Below, piece by piece: positions 38,833 through 51,740 of a stretch of 64,000 nucleotides of DNA (position 1 is its first letter; the number at the start of each line of letters is the position of its first letter). Source of the stretch: Chiloscyllium plagiosum. Lineage: Eukaryota. Under the pieces are notes generated by a model that made no database searches, was not told the DNA's origin, and saw only the letters and a program-made list of their open reading frames with translations. Both the position numbers and the translations under genes were made by a program. The DNA lies in NCBI RefSeq assembly GCF_004010195.1, contig NC_057733.1, forward strand, positions 39,312,668 through 39,376,667, given 5' to 3'.

Positions 38833-39312
38833 CAGATACTGTGGATGCTGAAAAGATCTGAAACAAAAATAGAAAATGCTAGAGAAAGTCTGCCAGCAGG
38901 TCTGGCAGCTTCAGTTGAGAGAGAATCAGAACTAGTAATTTGAATCCAGGCTTACACATCCTATGGCTACCATGGCAGACTCATCATTTCAACTTGTTCC
39001 TGCTCTGCTGGATGTATTTCTACCTATCTTGACTCCATGTTATCCACCTTTGTTGAGTCTGTTCCCTCTTACATTCGTGATTCTTCTGATGGTTTACATT
39101 GGTGAAGAGGAGGTGGCAAGTACCAAAAACTGGATATTATGAAACCATAGATGTGCAATCTCTCCACTCTGCAGGCACCCTGCCTCTATTCCTGATGAAG
39201 GGCTTTTGCCCGAAACATCGATTTTCCTGCTCCTCGGATGCTGCTTGACCTGCTGTGCTTTTCCACTCTAATCTAGACTCTGGTTTCCAGCATCTGCAGT
39301 CCTTGTTTTTAC
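38833..39312. mobile_element. Composite Penelope-like remnant (minus arm ~38833-38950, plus piece ending in pLTR ~39180-39312)
   Basis: cagcaggtctggcagc arm; ctcctcggatgctgcttgacctgctgtgcttttcc...ccagcatctgcagtcc end shared with 14296 and 57791 copies. Confidence 0.7.
39188..39223 (+). ncRNA. Minimal type I hammerhead ribozyme motif (helix III mutated)
   Basis: attc CTGATGA a gggc tttt gccc GAAAC ATC gatt: conserved boxes and a 4-bp helix II. Confidence 0.65.
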
Positions 39313-39485
39313 CCCAATCCCTCTACACAGCCAATCCCCAGCAAGATAGTCTTATGGCTTTCTGTTTCTTCCTTGAAAAAAGGCTTGCACAGTCTCCATC
39401 ACCAAGACCACTCTCCTTCACCTGGCTGAGCTCGTTTGCACTTTGAAGAGCTTCTCCTTTAACTCATCCAATTAGAAAAAGGAGA

Positions 39486-39582
39486 CAGTTCTGATGAAGA
39501 GTCCTGCCAGACTCAAAATGTGAACTTTGCTTCTCTCTCCACAGATGCTGTCAGCCCTGCTGAGTTTCTCCAGCATTCTCTG
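39486..39582 (+). mobile_element. PLE-derived arm starting at a degenerate hammerhead
   Basis: gttCTGATGA a gagtc ctgcca gactc aaaatgtg aac, then acagatgctgtcagccctgctgagtttctccagca. Confidence 0.75.
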
Positions 39583-41469
39583 TGTGTGTTTCAAGGAAAT
39601 CGATGTTTGGCACAAAATGTTGTTCACATACGAGGTATCAACATCTTTGAACTTTTGACCATCTGTATGCATGGACCCTATTTGCATAGGAGCATCAGTC
39701 ACCAAGGAAAGATGTACTGGGGAAACTCCTGCTATTGTGCACCCAAACTTGGCTTTCTGATTTAATGCAAGCTGCTTTTATTACAATCCTGCTGACCAAA
39801 ATGTTCACCTGACACTCCAGCCTCACTGCCTTTATTCTTCCACATTCTCAAAGGATGTGGCCTGACATTTCTCAGGAACATACCTCTCCAAGTTGTTCTT
39901 ATGCAGGAGGAGAAGCACCAGTATGCAGCTAAGAGATTAAGACAAGTAACAGAAGGCAATAGCAGTGAGCATGAAGGTAGCTGATATAATTCCATTCCTC
40001 CTGCCTTTCCACTTTGATGGACTTCCAGTTTTCATGTGGGCATTGATGACCTCTGAATGCACATGGAACTGAGGTTAAAAGATGCCTGGACTGATACCAT
40101 GTGAAACAGCCAAAGTAAAAATCTCTGCAGCCTCCACTTGTTGTCCTCAAACACTGCAGTGCCATCTTTAGGGAGGTTATGCCACTTCTGCCCTGAAACT
40201 TCATGACTCCGAACCATCTGGATGTACTTTTGGAAAGTAATGACATTAGATGTACGCTGCTTAAATGCAAGCTTAATTACCCAGGGAAATTTGCATACAA
40301 CTCCTCCATCGGGTAAACGTTGCAACATTCTGGTATGACAAAATACAATGGACAACAAGCAAGTTCAGGGTAAACTCAGCGTTTTATTTAAGCTTATCCA
40401 TAACATTATGTCAGTTAATATTGCCCCACTTAAAACCTCAACTCGAAGACATCCATGTATTAACTTACTGAGGAATTTTGAGCACAGGCTAAATATCCTT
40501 ATGCCCACCCTATCCTATTGTGTGAAGCATTACCCTGCCCTATGGATCCAGGAAGATATCTCATGCTGATTTGTCTGAGTTTTCTTCCAGGGCTTTGCAT
40601 ATTTCCAATGGGTTGTTAGACTAGTTTTGATCTGTTTTTTCTCAGAACGAATGTTTCAGTTCTTGCAATGTTTTTGAACCATGACTTCAGATCTATGGTG
40701 CTTATATTACAAGGTGAAAAAAAAAGGATTTAGATTGCTCAGTCATTAATTGCAAATCCTCTTTGCTACAGTCGGTTTATAAAAGCTGCACTTTACAATG
40801 ATGACATGCGTGTGAAAAGATTTGAGATGAAATTTCAGATAAAGACCAGAGATAAATAGATCGATGCCTTTGGCATTAACTGAGACACATAATCTGAGAT
40901 TACATGAAGGAGGAGAGGCAAAGGCAAGGGGAAAGAGGAACATGATATGGCTTGGGTTTGCAGCAACGAATAACAAACAAGGAGGAGTATCTGTTATGTT
41001 TTTCAAAACAATTTAAATGATCCATTTTTGTATTTCACAGTGATTATAATTTATGTGTGATATCTTGCAAAAGCACCAACCACAATGAAAGCTGATTATT
41101 CAATAATTATGCCATTTATTTCCTTTTCCCTCAATAATAATTTATTCCTTTCTTTCACTTGCAAAACAATTTCTCAAAACATTTAGTCAGGCTACCTCAT
41201 GTGTTTGATCTATCTAACTATGCTGTACCAGAGAGAAGACATCACTCTATTCCATTATTGAAAGTTTCTGTAAGATTCTATTAGGTTTCAATAAGTGTAG
41301 TTAAATATAATCAGGATTTCCAACACACTATCTTTAAACTTATTTGGATTTGTTGCACAAATTCTTGAAAGGACTCTATCATCTGAGAGCATGATATTGC
41401 GATATATTTAATGAAGAGATGTAATTTCCATAAATTGTGCTTGGATTAATAAATAAATGTATTATAAAA

Positions 41470-42211
41470 TCATAGTCATGGGGATGTACAGAACGGAAAC
41501 AGACCCTTCGATCCAACTCGTCCATGCCAACCAGGTATCCTAAATTAATCCAGGCCCATTTGCCAGCACTTGGCCCATATCCCTCTAAATCCTTTATATT
41601 CATGTACTCATCCAGATGCCTTTTAAATGTTATAATTGTACCAGCCTCCACCACTTCCTCTGACAGCTCATTCCATACATGCAATAACCTTTGCATGAAA
41701 AAGTTGCCCCTTAGGTCCCTTATAAGTCTTTCCCCTCTCAACCTAAACCTATGCCCTTGAATTCTGGATCCTCCAAGGAAAAGACCTTGTCTATTTACCC
41801 TATCCATGCCCCTCATGATTTTATAAACCTCTATAAAGGTCACCCCTCAGCGTCTGATGCTTCAGGGAAAACAATCCCAGCTTATTCACTCTCTCCCTAT
41901 AGTTCAAACATGCCAACCCTGGCAACATCCTTGTAAATTTTTTCTATACCCTTTCAAGTTTCACAATATATTTTCTACAGGAGGGAGACCAGAATTGCAC
42001 ACAATATTCCAAAAGTGGCCTAACCAATATCCTGTACAGATGCAACATGACTTCCCAACTCCTGTACTCAATACTCTGGCCAATAAAGGAAAGCATACCA
42101 AACGCCTTCCTCACGATCCCATGTACCTGACACTTCATTTTTCAAGGAACTATGAACCTGCACTCTAAGGACTCTTTGTTCAACAACACTCTCCAGAACG
42201 TTACCATTAAG
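41470..42211 (-). mobile_element. 5'-truncated HER1-like CR1
   Basis: ORFs 41944-42138 and 41379-41843; reverse tail aaacagacccttcgatccaac. Confidence 0.93.
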
Positions 42212-42263
42212 GTATTAATGCTCATCATTCTGACAGCAGTTAGGACAGAGAATAAAATATGTT

Positions 42264-42470
42264 ATAGAAACATAGAAACATAGAAAAATATAGTGCAGTA
42301 CAGGCCCTTTGGCCCTTGATGTTGCGCCGATCCCAGCCCACCTAACCTACACTAGCCCACTATCCTCCATATGCCTATCCAATGCCCATTTAAATGCCCA
42401 TAAAGAGGGAGAGTCCACCATTGCTACTGGCAGGGCATTCCATGAACTCATGACTCGCTGAGTAAAGAAT
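42264..42470 (-). mobile_element. CR1 3' end, (catagaaa)n-tail subfamily
   Basis: tagaaacatagaaacatagaaa, caggccctttggccc and reverse FTQRVMSSWNALP. Confidence 0.85.
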
Positions 42471-42602
42471 GTTGGAAGGTGCGAGAGTGGCCTAGTGTCA
42501 ACCATGTGAGAAGCAACTAATAAGAATTTTAAAAAGCAGACAGTTTTTCCCAGTTAAAAATCACACAACACCAGGTTATAATCCACCAGGTTTAATTGGA
42601 AG

Positions 42603-42637
42603 CACTAGCTTTCAGAGTGCTGCTCCTTCATCAGGTG
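42603..42637 (-). ncRNA. Minimal hammerhead ribozyme motif in the inverted pLTR
   Basis: Reverse: cac CTGATGA a ggag cagca ctct GAAAG CTA gtg; helix I CAC/GTG; palindromic helix III AGCT. Confidence 0.7.
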
Positions 42638-42925
42638 GTTGTGGAATACACAATTGTAAGACACAGAATCTATAGCAGAAGTCTACAGCGTGATGTAACT
42701 GAAATTATGCATTCAAAAATACCTTTATTGTTTGTTAAGTCTCTCATTTGTTAGAATGACCATGTTAGTTTCACTTCTTTCATATGTAAATCGCAAAATT
42801 TTTTGTGTGTGTGCGCGCGCACGCGCCCAAGGTCTCGATTGAGACCATGCCTATGGGTTCCGAACTTAGCTATCTGAATTAAACTGCCCAACTTTCATGA
42901 CAATTCCTTATAACCCTGTCACGGT

Positions 42926-43335
42926 TTGTGTTGCAAGACGTGTCAGAGTGTGGACATGGATACCACCATTACGCATGGGGACACCTCCCACCTTGTACGT
43001 GGCTGGTACTCATGCGACTCAGCCAACGTTGTCTATCTCATACACTGCAGGAAAGGATGCCCTGAGGCATGGTACATTGGTGAAACCGAGCAGAGGCTAT
43101 GGCAATGGATGAATGGGCACCGTACAACAATCAACAGACAGGAGTGTCCCCTCCCAGTTGGAGAACACTTCAACTGTCCAGGACATTCAACCTTGGACCT
43201 TCGGGTGACCATCCTCCAAGACGGACTTTGGTCAGGCAGCAGTGAAAAGTGACCGAGCAGAAGCTGATAGCTAGGTTTGGTACCCATAGGGATGGCCTCA
43301 GCCGGGACCTTGGGTTCATGTCACACTACAGGTGA
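42926..43335 (+). pseudogene. Penelope-type GIY-YIG endonuclease domain, frameshifted
   Basis: CKTC...YSCDSANVVYLIHCRKGCPEAWYIGET...MNGHR...VGEHF, then EQKLIARFGTHRDGLSRDLGFMSHYR-stop in another frame. Confidence 0.9.
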
Positions 43336-43735
43336 CCCCATTACTCACACACTCACACATATGTTTGTGGGGTGATTTTGTACTTGCAGAGTTACATTGT
43401 ACTTTGCTCAAAAACTGCATGAATCCATGTAAGATTCTGTTAATTCATTTTTTAGATTAGAATCAGTCTAAACATTATGGCACAGATAGCAGCACACAGG
43501 GGGCTAACACCTTCAACACTATCTGGGCTGACACCAATTGTTAAAGTTCACCTGAGAATGTAACTTTTTAAAAAAAGGTTTTGTGATTTACACATGAAAG
43601 AAGTGAAACTGACATGGTCATTCTAACAAATGAGAGACTTAACAAACAATCAAGATATTTTTCAATGTATAATTTCAGTTACATCACACTGTAAACATTT
43701 GCTATAATTTTTTTTGCAACTGTGTACTCCACAAC

Positions 43736-43770
43736 CACCTGATGAAGGAGCAGTGCTCCGAAAACTAGTG
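43736..43770 (+). ncRNA. Minimal hammerhead ribozyme motif in the sense pLTR
   Basis: cac CTGATGA a ggagc agt gctcc GAAAA CTA gtg; perfect 5-bp helix II; one helix III substitution. Confidence 0.7.
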
Positions 43771-43995
43771 CTTCCAAATAAACCCATTGGACCATAACCT
43801 AGTGTTGTGTGATTTTTAACTTTGTATACCCCAATCCAACACCAGCATCTCCTAATCTTTTTTTTCCCAGAATTTAAAAAATAAAAGCTTAAAAGGTTCA
43901 ATCATTCTTTAAAATTCTGTCCGATTCCATCGAAAAGGAAACTCAAGGTTAGTCTCTGGACTGCACATGGTTTCTACAAAGACAAATTCACACTG

Positions 43996-44295
43996 CAGAG
44001 ACCCAGGTAATGTTCTGGGGACCCAGGTTTGAATCCTGCCATGGCAGATGGTGGAATTTGAATTCAGTAAAAACCTGGAATCAAGAGCCTATGATGACCA
44101 GGAATCCATTGTTGATTGTTGTAAAAATCCATTTGGTTCACTAATGTCCTTTAGGGAAGGAAACTGCTGTCCTTACCTGATTTGGCTTACATGTGACTGC
44201 AGATCCACAGCAATATGGTTGACTCTTAACTGCCTTCTGGGATGGGCAATAAATGCTGGTTACCCAGCGACACCCTCATCCCGTGAATGTGTAAA
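43996..44295 (+). mobile_element. tRNA-derived SINE, second family
   Basis: ggtttgaatcc B box; gtcctttagggaaggaaactgc; ggttgactcttaactgcc; ggcaataaatgctgg tail. Confidence 0.85.
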
Positions 44296-44784
44296 GAAAA
44301 AGTTTTTAAAAAAGCATGAATCAGTATTTCGTCCTTGAGTAGAACTACTGTTTATTACAAATATGTAGATTCTAGCTACAGGTAAACAATGATGAACTGT
44401 TGACATATAACTCCACTAGGTATAACTTTAATCCGCTTATAACTTCCCCTACACACACATTACAGACAAAAAAAAAAATGGTGTTGTGGCTGGAGGGAAA
44501 ATTTGAGAAAGCGGTTCATTGGTCCCAATGCAAAAGGTTTGCTGGGATGATCATTTTGACTTGTCAGGACATGCTGTTCATTGATCTCTCTCTTTTCCAT
44601 TTACTTTCATTTGCTTGCAGAGGGCACAAGGTAATTGATTCACTATTTATAAAGTTTCTGTGTTTAGCAAAAAGCAACAACTTACAACAACTGGTAAGGA
44701 AATTTCTTTTTTCAGGCTATGGGTGCTTTTTTAGTACAGAGAAAAGGACACCACCTACTTTTCCAGAGAATCAATATTTTCTGG

Positions 44785-44890
44785 GCAAAGTTAAAAATTG
44801 CACAACACCAGGTTATAATCCAACTGGTTTATTTGGAGGTGAATCTTTACCTTTTTACCTTTGTCCACCCCAATCCAACACCTCCAAATC
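44785..44890. mobile_element. Very short PLE pLTR remnant with a 16-bp flanking duplication
   Basis: aagttaaaaattgcacaacaccaggttataatcc matches the 42553 end; ccccaatccaacacc matches ~43830; aatcaatattttctgg at 44769-44784 and 44887-44902. Confidence 0.8.
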
Positions 44891-46684
44891 AATATTTTCT
44901 GGCTATCTCATTCACCCCCCAAGGAGTCAATCACATTATTGTTGACTGAGAGAAGGCCTTTGTCATTTTCATCAGGTCATCGATTCCCTCAGCCAATCAT
45001 TTATTTGCTGCTGATGGAATCTCATTTTGTACACACTCCCTGATGCCAATTCATCTGCAACTAAACATCCCTCATTGGTTGAAAGAAGACAGTGTAGACA
45101 ACACTTACAGTAATTTGCTTTTGACAGTGTAGCAATTCCTTCAAGTATCCTTGGTTTTCAAATAGTCCTTTTTCTATTTCAGTTCACAATCAAAAAGAGA
45201 GAAAAATGAAAAGATATGCTCTTTATAAGTGCCACCATCAAGGAAGCTGCATTGAAGAGTTTAGAAGTCTTTCCATTCTTTGATAGAGTTGGCTTGCCAA
45301 TCCCTACCATACAGCACGGATTCATCATACAGAGAATGCTTTAGTCATGCCGTTATTTCTATCGCAAACAGAATTCAATGGTTTATATTGGTGAGCTAGC
45401 CTTAATAATAGTCTTAGCTGAATACATTTTATATTGTTGCTTCTGAAGTGCATTAATGTTGTGTATGCATGTTATGAGTTTGAAATCTTGTGTGCCAATT
45501 CACTTTTCCTTGCCTTTCCTAAGATGGTCTATTTTAAATATTTATTGCTTATAGTTTATTTACAAAGCTGGGGTTACATAGAGAGGTTAAAATTTGCCCT
45601 TCCTTTAGTTCAAATGTCTAGCATATTTATTTTCCTACTGCAACTGGCAACAAATCTCAGGAGGAAGACAGTAGAATCAAAAATGTGAATACAGCATAAG
45701 CATTATTAAGGAAATAGTCTATAAATAGACTTTCAGAAGACACACTGCATTGTTGAAGCATCAAATTGAGCAATGCTAAATCAACAATTAGAACAATAAA
45801 AGAAAGAAGTCCAGAAGTTTGAAGCCATAAGAAATAGACTTGTATAATCTCCCCCTAGTTACTATACATTGGAGGAATTGTGTGCTGTAGTAATATTCCT
45901 ACCTCTAAATCAGAAACTTCAGAACATGATACTCATAAAGCTGTATTCATGAGCATAGGTGGCCAAAAAGATAGAGTATCAAGTTTATTGTGATCCAAGC
46001 TGATGATAATACTGGACAAATCAGATCCCAGAATGAAACCTTACAAGATACATCACATGTTTAATTTTTGCAATTGGTAACCATAACAGTTAGTCCTGAA
46101 ACATATTCACATGTGTTGCAAAAGAACATCAGCAGCCACATCATAACACTATGACAAAAGTAAGAAAAAAGACATAATACATAGATGTATAATAGTTAGA
46201 AAGACCTTATCACAAAGAGCAAAATTTCAACCTGTTTCCTAACACTATTCCTTTCCAGATGCTGAGTTCCAGAAAAATAATCATTCCTACCTCAGTTCTT
46301 CATATTTTGACTTTCTCCAGTCTCCTGTCTTGGACTATAGACATTATTTTGCAATCCCTTTTTGAGTCAGGAAGCATGAATCTTTCATAAATCTGATGGC
46401 CAAAACTTTTGTCACTTCTAATACCTTAAAGGTTTCTATCCAAACTCTTCATAAACTAGATACCACTTCTGTTAAGGTGACTTCTTCTGAACTGAACAAA
46501 AAAGCTTTGTTCTCCTGTTGCTGGGAGAAATAAAAACTGTTCTCTTCTGAACTAAACTCTGGTTTCTTCTGAACTGCAACTTTGAATTTCTGATCTAAAG
46601 CTGAAAAACTAAACTAATTGCCTTGATATATTTACACTACGAGTCGTAAATTCAACATTTTATCCCACACACATCTTTTTATAT

Positions 46685-47285
46685 TCATTCATTGGATGTG
46701 GGCATCACTAGCTTGGCTGGCATTTATTGCCCATCCCTAACAGCCCAAAGCATAATTAAGAGTCAACCACAGGAATTGCTGAAGAAACTCAGCAGGTCTG
46801 ACAGTATCAGTGGAGGGGGTGGAAAACCCTTCCCCAAATCCTATCTTCAGCATTTATGGCTTCATTACCTGGCTACTATCAGTTTTGAAGAAGGGTCATT
46901 AGACTGACGATATTAACTCTGCTTTCTCCCCAAAAATGCTGTCAGACCTCTTAAGTTTCTCCAGCAATTTCTATTTTTGTTTCATTTTTCCAACAACCGC
47001 AGTTTGTTTTATTTCACTATAAGAGTCAACCACATTGCTGTGGATCTGGAGTCACATGTAGACCAGACAGGTAAGGATAGAAGATGACCTTCCTAAAAGA
47101 CATTAGTGAACTACATGGGTTTTTACAGCAATCGGCAATTATTACACAGTTGTCCAGCTCTTTATTCCAAATTTTATTGAATTCAAATGTTACCACCTGC
47201 CTTGGTGGGATTTGAACTCATGTCTCCAGATCATCTGTTTGGTGTTCTAGACTACTAACCCAGTGACATTTCCAATACATCACTA
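46685..47285 (-). mobile_element. tRNA-derived SINE (second family) interrupted by a PLE element
   Basis: gcatttattgcccatccctaa tail, taagagtcaaccacattgctgtgg core, ggatttgaactcatgtc B box. Confidence 0.85.
46772..47019. mobile_element. Fold-back PLE-derived element with perfect 15-bp TSD
   Basis: TSD taagagtcaaccaca at 46757-46771 and 47020-47034; inverted arms gaaactcagcaggtctgacag / ctgtcagacctcttaagtttc. Confidence 0.85.
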
Positions 47286-48229
47286 ACATCACTGTTAGGT
47301 TGTCTGTATTCACATAATTTCTCAGAATTGATGTGTCTGGGCCATCAATTGATCCAAATGACTTTCTAACCTGCTTAAAAAAAAAACTTTACAGAACTGA
47401 TCCACATCCATCCACCTCCATTTTGAAATTCAAATCCTAAAACAAAATATGCATACAGCTTTCATTACAACATGTGTCAATGGCAGGCAACAGGAATGAG
47501 AGAGACTCCTATTCAGTCATATGTGAAAAGCAATGGCAAACCACTGCAGGATGTTGCCAAGAATAACCATAGACCAACACGGAAGTCCATGATTGTCAAT
47601 GCACTTTCAGCACACGGTGCCTGAAGAGACAGATAGAGGTAAGGCACAATCAGACTAGATAGCTACATGAATCTCAGGGAAAAATTGTGTATGCATTTAT
47701 TGGATTAATTCAAGTTAACTATATTCTTCAGAAACCTTTCAGGCAAATGCAGTTGACACCTACATTTGTTCTGGACATCCAAAAATAGCAATGTGATGTA
47801 ATTAACATTCATACCAATATCATGCAATGTGTAGCAATCATAAGCATTGTTCACTTTCAAATTGGATTTCAAATCATTTGCCCTTTACATATATCCAGTT
47901 AGTAAGCCACATCATATCCATTCTTTGCCTCCCATATCAGCTAGATTATGTATTTATTTGTGGATTGCTTTTCCAACTAAATCTTTATTGACATTTTTCC
48001 TCATGCTATCTATAAAACTGGGTGAACCTATTGACTGAAAGGTACTTTGTAATGTTTTCCCTCTATAATCAACATTCCAAATGATTTCTCACTTGTCATA
48101 AGAAGAGATTAACAGTAGCAGGTGTGCTAGACACACAGTACTCACAATCTAACTTACAATCCTCCATCTAAATAAATGTTGTTAATCATAGCCTAAGTTT
48201 GCACACTGAGCTGACCCAATTTTAGGGGG

Positions 48230-48590
48230 GATGCAGTGGCCTTGTAGTATTATCAATAGTCTATTACTTCAGACACCCAGATAATGTTCTGGAGACCTGG
48301 ATTCAAATTCCGCCATGGCAGACAGTGGAATTTGAATTCAATAAATAAATGGAAAAAGCTCTGGGATTAAGAGCCCAATGATGATCATGAAACGGTTACC
48401 AATTGTCAGAAAAATCCTTCTAGTTCATGAATGTCCTTTAGGGAAGGAAATCTGCCAAAGCTGGCCTGGCCTACATGCAACTCCAGACCCACAGCAATGC
48501 GGTTGACTCTTAACTGCCCCCGGAGCAATGAGGGATAGGTAAGGAATACTGACCTAGGCAGTGACATCCACATCCATGAACGAATTTTTT
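48230..48590 (+). mobile_element. tRNA-derived SINE, second family, near full length
   Basis: gcagtggccttgtagta head, ggattcaaattcc B box, gtcctttagggaaggaaatctgcc core. Confidence 0.85.
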
Positions 48591-51180
48591 AAAAATACCT
48601 CCAATTTCTGGTAGCTTGAATAGAAGCACATGATTAATTCAATTTAAATTGAAAATGCTGAAATTAAAAAAACATGCAGGCAGCATCTGTGCAGAGAGAG
48701 TTTTGGATGCATGGACTTCCTACCTGTTCAAACAAAATAAAGGCAATATAAAAATTTGAAGATTTATAAGAAAATCTTTAAGAGTCAAATGACCAAAATG
48801 GGACAGGTGTGTTGAAGTGAACCTGTCAGCTGTGGGTGGGTGGGCCTTTTCAATGCATTTCATTCCCACACTTGTGTGACAAAACCTCATTTGCATTTGC
48901 AATCCATTCTCCAGAAGTAAGGATAGGTAAGGAGTGGGAGGCAGTGAGGGAGGGTTAACGACACTGTCGTTACTAGTAATTGCAAAAGTCATTGCACGAT
49001 GATGCACCCAACTTGAACCAGTCAATAAAACCTATGAGGACTGTTAGGGTTAGAGTTCAGGGATAGTTCACTTCCATATGTATTAGTGAAAAAGACTGAC
49101 TAATTTAGTGCATATGGTTTGCTTAATAGGCTTGGTTCTGCCTTCATTGCTCGTTGAATGTTTCAAACAGTATTGCCAAATCTTTGAACTCTATTACTTT
49201 GTTAGGTTGACATTTAATTCAAGTCAAACAAAACCAATTATTTTCACAAAGGCACAAGCTTTTGAAAATGTGCTTAGTATATTGGAAATTCTTTTTGAAA
49301 ATAAGTGAAATGAAATGAAATAACAAAATACTTTCCTCAAATGCTTATAGAAATATATGGCAGGGTATTTGGCCAGAAGTCTCAACTACAAATAGAAATA
49401 ATTTCCTCTGTTGGATTATATTCAAGTTTGGAAAAGATATGAATATTCTTATAGAATTTATTGGTTGTACTGTTGGATAATATGCTGTTGTTTAAGACAA
49501 AGGATTATCTTGCAGTTGTTATGGTTTATTGAAAATGTTGTGTCCAAAAAAATATTAAGTCACGCCGCAAAACAGTTTGTTAAGAAAGAATTGTTTTCTT
49601 CCAAATCAAGGAAGCTGTTAAGAAACCTTTTGCTGCATTGGTTTAGGAGTTTTGATGTGACCTTTGCAGGATTGTACCGAGCAGTGTGCTAGATTCATGT
49701 GCCAGCAGCACGTACTGTTTCATGTAATGAATAGACTTAGCTGTTGTGACCAGAAGTAGGGCTTTTGTCATTGAAATGCAATTAGCATATCCCAAGTTCA
49801 GAATTTTGAAAATAACCTGCTTTATCCAATTTTTCAAAACGTTTTTGGACTGCAAACATTCTTAGTTCTTATTTTGGTGCACACCTCCTTTAAATAAAGA
49901 CACTTCATGTGGTATACAAAACATTATCATTGGGCATTTATGCTTCTGTTGTTTACTGGCAAATGTCAGGCTTGCAAGCAACCTGAAGCTAAGAATGAAA
50001 CTTATAGGTGACTAGGCTACCCACTGCCACAATTTTATGTACTTATAGATCTTCTGATACAGCTCTGCTCAAAGTTTGAGACCAGAAACATTCAAACTGT
50101 TCAAGTTAACAAAATCTAACAGTAATACCTTGCATAGTTTCTCCATGCTAATGTATGTTGTATGATACTGTTACTTCATTACAAGGAAGCTACATTGACA
50201 AGACATTTCCTCTTGTCCAGCGCATGTTGTGTTGCATGACCAACTCTGCACACAAAAAGGAATCTTGCAAGATGGAAACTTATGAAAGGTCAGAGAGTTT
50301 GAACAGTTTGAGAGAATTGAGCCTGACCAACCCCCCCATCCCTCCATTTTTGCAGATCCTGATTTAGAAGATTTATTCTTTCTGAGAATAATGCACAGCC
50401 TATAGTCCGAGCTTTTCAGTGCCAGTAATTACATCTACTTACCAGCCAATTACTTTTGATGAAAGTTCTTGTTACAGAACTGCAACTTGGCTGCAGAGAA
50501 GTTAACTCATGATTTTTATTTGACTGATTTTTTTTTAAAAAACAATTTTCTTAATGTGTTTATTGAACTGCACCCATTTCATGTGTACTTCATTTACAGA
50601 ATGCAAACCAGATGTGGATTTGATGTAATTGGGCTCTGAACAGAATGATAGTGTAAATCTACTGTAGTTCTATGCCATCTAATTCTGTTTATTAGTTCAC
50701 TGAAGCAAAAGTAATACTTTTCTGATCTTTTTGAGCTATTAATGTGAGGTGCTTGTGACTGAAGTTATAATTTACTGAAAGAGATTATAACACAACTTGT
50801 GGCAGTGATCAATTATTTTATGATGTGATATTGGGTACATCCAATGAAAGAAAACAAGGGATTCAATCAACTTTTCATTTATCCAGCCAACCAAAAGACA
50901 CTACTACACAGAAATATTGAATTCAAACTCAGGTCTGATCTGAACCTGATTGATTTTTGGTCATTCACAAGCCCATAGATTTTATCTACCAGTAATGTTA
51001 ATATTCTAACCTACAACTCATCCTCTGGAATAATATCACACAATTGGAGAAGAAAACAAAAATGGACTTGACACAAATAAGATCATGTGAAGTACAAACA
51101 ACAAGTTTTGATGTCAGAAACTGAATGAAACTCTGAATTTTCAACATTTTGTCAATATTAGGTTTAGGAGTATTTGTTTC

Positions 51181-51485
51181 GATTAGATTAGATTCCTTGC
51201 AGTGTGGAAACAGGCCCTTCGGCCCAACAAGTCCACACCGATCCTCTGACGAGCAACCCAACCAGACCCATTCCCCTGCACCTAATACTATGGGCAATTT
51301 AGCATGGCCAATTCACCTAATCTGCACATCTTTGGACTGTGGGAGGAAACCAGAGCACCCGGAGGAAACCCACACAGACACGGGGAGAATGTGCAAACTC
51401 CACACAGACAGTTGCCTGAGGCGGGAATTGAACCCGGGTCCCTGGCACTGTGAGGCAGCAATGCTAACCACTGTGCCATCGTGCT
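51181..51485 (-). mobile_element. HE1-like SINE
   Basis: (gatta)n reverse tail, gtggaaacaggcccttcggcccaac, gggaattgaacccggg. Confidence 0.95.
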
Positions 51486-51554
51486 GTCGTTTCCTGAAGT
51501 TGTAAGTGCTAAGTAAGATACCTGTATGAGTTTGGTAACATTGTGTAGATAAGT

Positions 51555-51740
51555 ATTTAAGTTAGTTTGCTGAGCTGGAAGATTTATTTTCAGATGTTTT
51601 GTCACCATACTTAGGTAATATGATCAATGAGAGTCTCCAGTGAAGCGCTGGTGGTGAGTCCCGTCTCTCTATTTATAGGTCTTGGGTTTCTTAAGGTGGA
51701 TGATGTCATTTCCAGTTTTTTTTTCAAGGGAAGGGAGATA
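51555..51740 (-). mobile_element. PLE pLTR fragment related to the 24854 element
   Basis: gctgagctggaagatttattttcagatgttttgtcaccatacttaggtaa aligns with 24872-24920. Confidence 0.75.

Larger units (their letters stand above)
42553..43852 (+). mobile_element. 5'-truncated Penelope-like element: inverted pLTR, GIY-YIG fragment, pLTR
   Basis: ~250-bp inverted repeats (42553-42804 vs 43570-43820); inverted copy of ORF end at ~42826-42874; possible TSD tttttcccag (42544-42553, 43861-43870). Confidence 0.92.
45989..47470. mobile_element. Possible solo LTR splitting an older SINE (head ~45878-45985, body ~47478-47630)
   Basis: TG...CA ends (tgtgatcc / cattaca); tRNA-like head on the left; gcaatggcaaaccactgcagg (RTE/Bov-A-like block) on the right; no TSD seen. 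Confidence 0.4.

Noticed and set aside
27007-51485. tRNA-like A/B boxes as real tRNA genes
   Set aside because: They are heads of SINEs with attached body and tail
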